NCBI GenBank assembly: GCA_022605425.2
Contig: JAKIMF020000004.1
Span: 186,001 to 250,000 of the forward strand
Source of the DNA: Hamiltosporidium tvaerminnensis FI-OER-3-3
Lineage: Eukaryota; Fungi; Microsporidia
DNA length: 64,000 nucleotides
Direction: 5' to 3'
A model generated the notes under the pieces. The model ran no database searches. It saw only the letters and a list, made by a program, of their open reading frames with translations, and was not told where the DNA came from. How positions within the stretch are numbered: position 1 is the stretch's first letter; every line of letters starts with the position of its first letter. The translations under genes and the position numbers were made by a program. Below, piece after piece: positions 62,920 through 64,000 of this stretch.

Positions 62920-63633
62920 GCATTTTTTTTACAAAATCGGTAGTATCTTTTATATTGTTTTGATGACGTTAACGGAGTTCTAGGTTTAAAATAAATACCT
63001 GAAACCTCAACATTCCATCGGTACCTCCACGATATCTACATCTCAACCCCTTTCAACAACCAGGTGTGTAGCACATAATTTATAGGTAAAGCAGTTGCCC
63101 GGAGTTCGTTAACGTCCGAAGTATGGAGTGTGATCGAAGGCCGAAGCCTTCGGGCTCCCCAAAGACTATGCAGCATTCCCACTTACTACACACTTTCAGA
63201 ACCGAATGAACATCCAGATAAGATATATTTCAGAGACTTACATGAAGGCCACTTAAACAGTGCAATGTCATACCAACAGGTATAACCTGCTACTTAGCTC
63301 ACCCGGCTTAAAATTGTTATATTTTTTATATCTTCCAGGTGCTAAGTCTTCTAATTCGAGTGTGCAAGGCTAGGTTTCTATGTTTTTACATGGCGATTGC
63401 CTACAATTTCTGCTGCAGTCTCCAACCGGTTACATAAAAACCTAATAAAATATATTTGTAAAAAAAGTTTCGCCATTCTAGAAGACCTCTTCTCCTCATA
63501 CAAACCCATGGACAACCGAGAATTTAGTGTGATTTTATACCCATAAAAAACAAATACCGATCTTTACACCGATTTTCAAGCTCATTTCCAAGTAGAAAGC
63601 TTTTATTGTGGTTATCCTAATTCCACTATCCAC
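62920..63633 (-). mobile_element. Family-A structured repeat, diverged near-full-length copy
   Basis: Collinear with 19415-20122 throughout. Confidence 0.85.
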
Positions 63634-63692
63634 TTCATATAATAATAAAAAATTTAAAAAAATAAAAAAACAACCCCTATGTGGCAAAAATG

Positions 63693-64000
63693 TATTATTT
63701 AATTAAAATCTGGGTGAACAAATTTTCTCTCTTTTAGATAATCTCTTGCTCTTTTTCAACCACTTGATTATCTTCTTCTAAATCTGATTCTTTGTTTATA
63801 TATATTGTCGGTTCCTTCACTGTGGTTATGTCATCCAAAATATGGGGCATAATATTTTTTGTATTTTCTTTTTTACCACCATCTTCCTCTTCTTCTTGTT
63901 GCTTAAAGGGGTGTTAGTTGTTTATGCATCTCTGCTCCTAAAATAACACATAATGACGCTCTCTCCCAGCTCTTTCCGGATTGGTCCTGACTCAAATCCT
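63693..64000 (-). mobile_element. 3' end of another R4/Dong-like LINE copy (runs off the window)
   Basis: Reverse complement matches 53335-53645 (gagctgggagagagcgtca; cagagatgcat; acccaga.ttt.attaaataa). Confidence 0.85.

Overview
Very AT-rich, intron-poor eukaryotic DNA. Short CCC motifs precede many ATGs, and AATAAA lies at or just after stop codons. This fits a large-genome, transposon-rich microsporidian (Hamiltosporidium-like; this is an inference). Ordinary genes: SCCPDH-like oxidoreductase, CCCH zinc finger, ROCK/DMPK-type kinase, STE14-like methyltransferase, Cdc4-like F-box/WD40 and several hypotheticals. A ~3.8 kb four-gene block (222-aa hypothetical, membrane-anchored subtilisin, RBX1, coiled-coil) is present twice in inverted orientation ~27 kb apart, with a hAT/Charlie end at one junction. 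The most notable element lies between the two arms: five co-oriented paralogous ~80-aa genes (three intact, one with a damaged start, one frameshifted). They encode signal + pro-region + conserved Arg + Gly/Pro/Ser/Tyr-rich peptide and share their own upstream motif. Intergenic space holds one near-full-length, broken R4/Dong-like (RLE) LINE plus relics, rve-integrase transposon relics, and a ~720-nt structured non-coding repeat family with a compensatory base-pair change.
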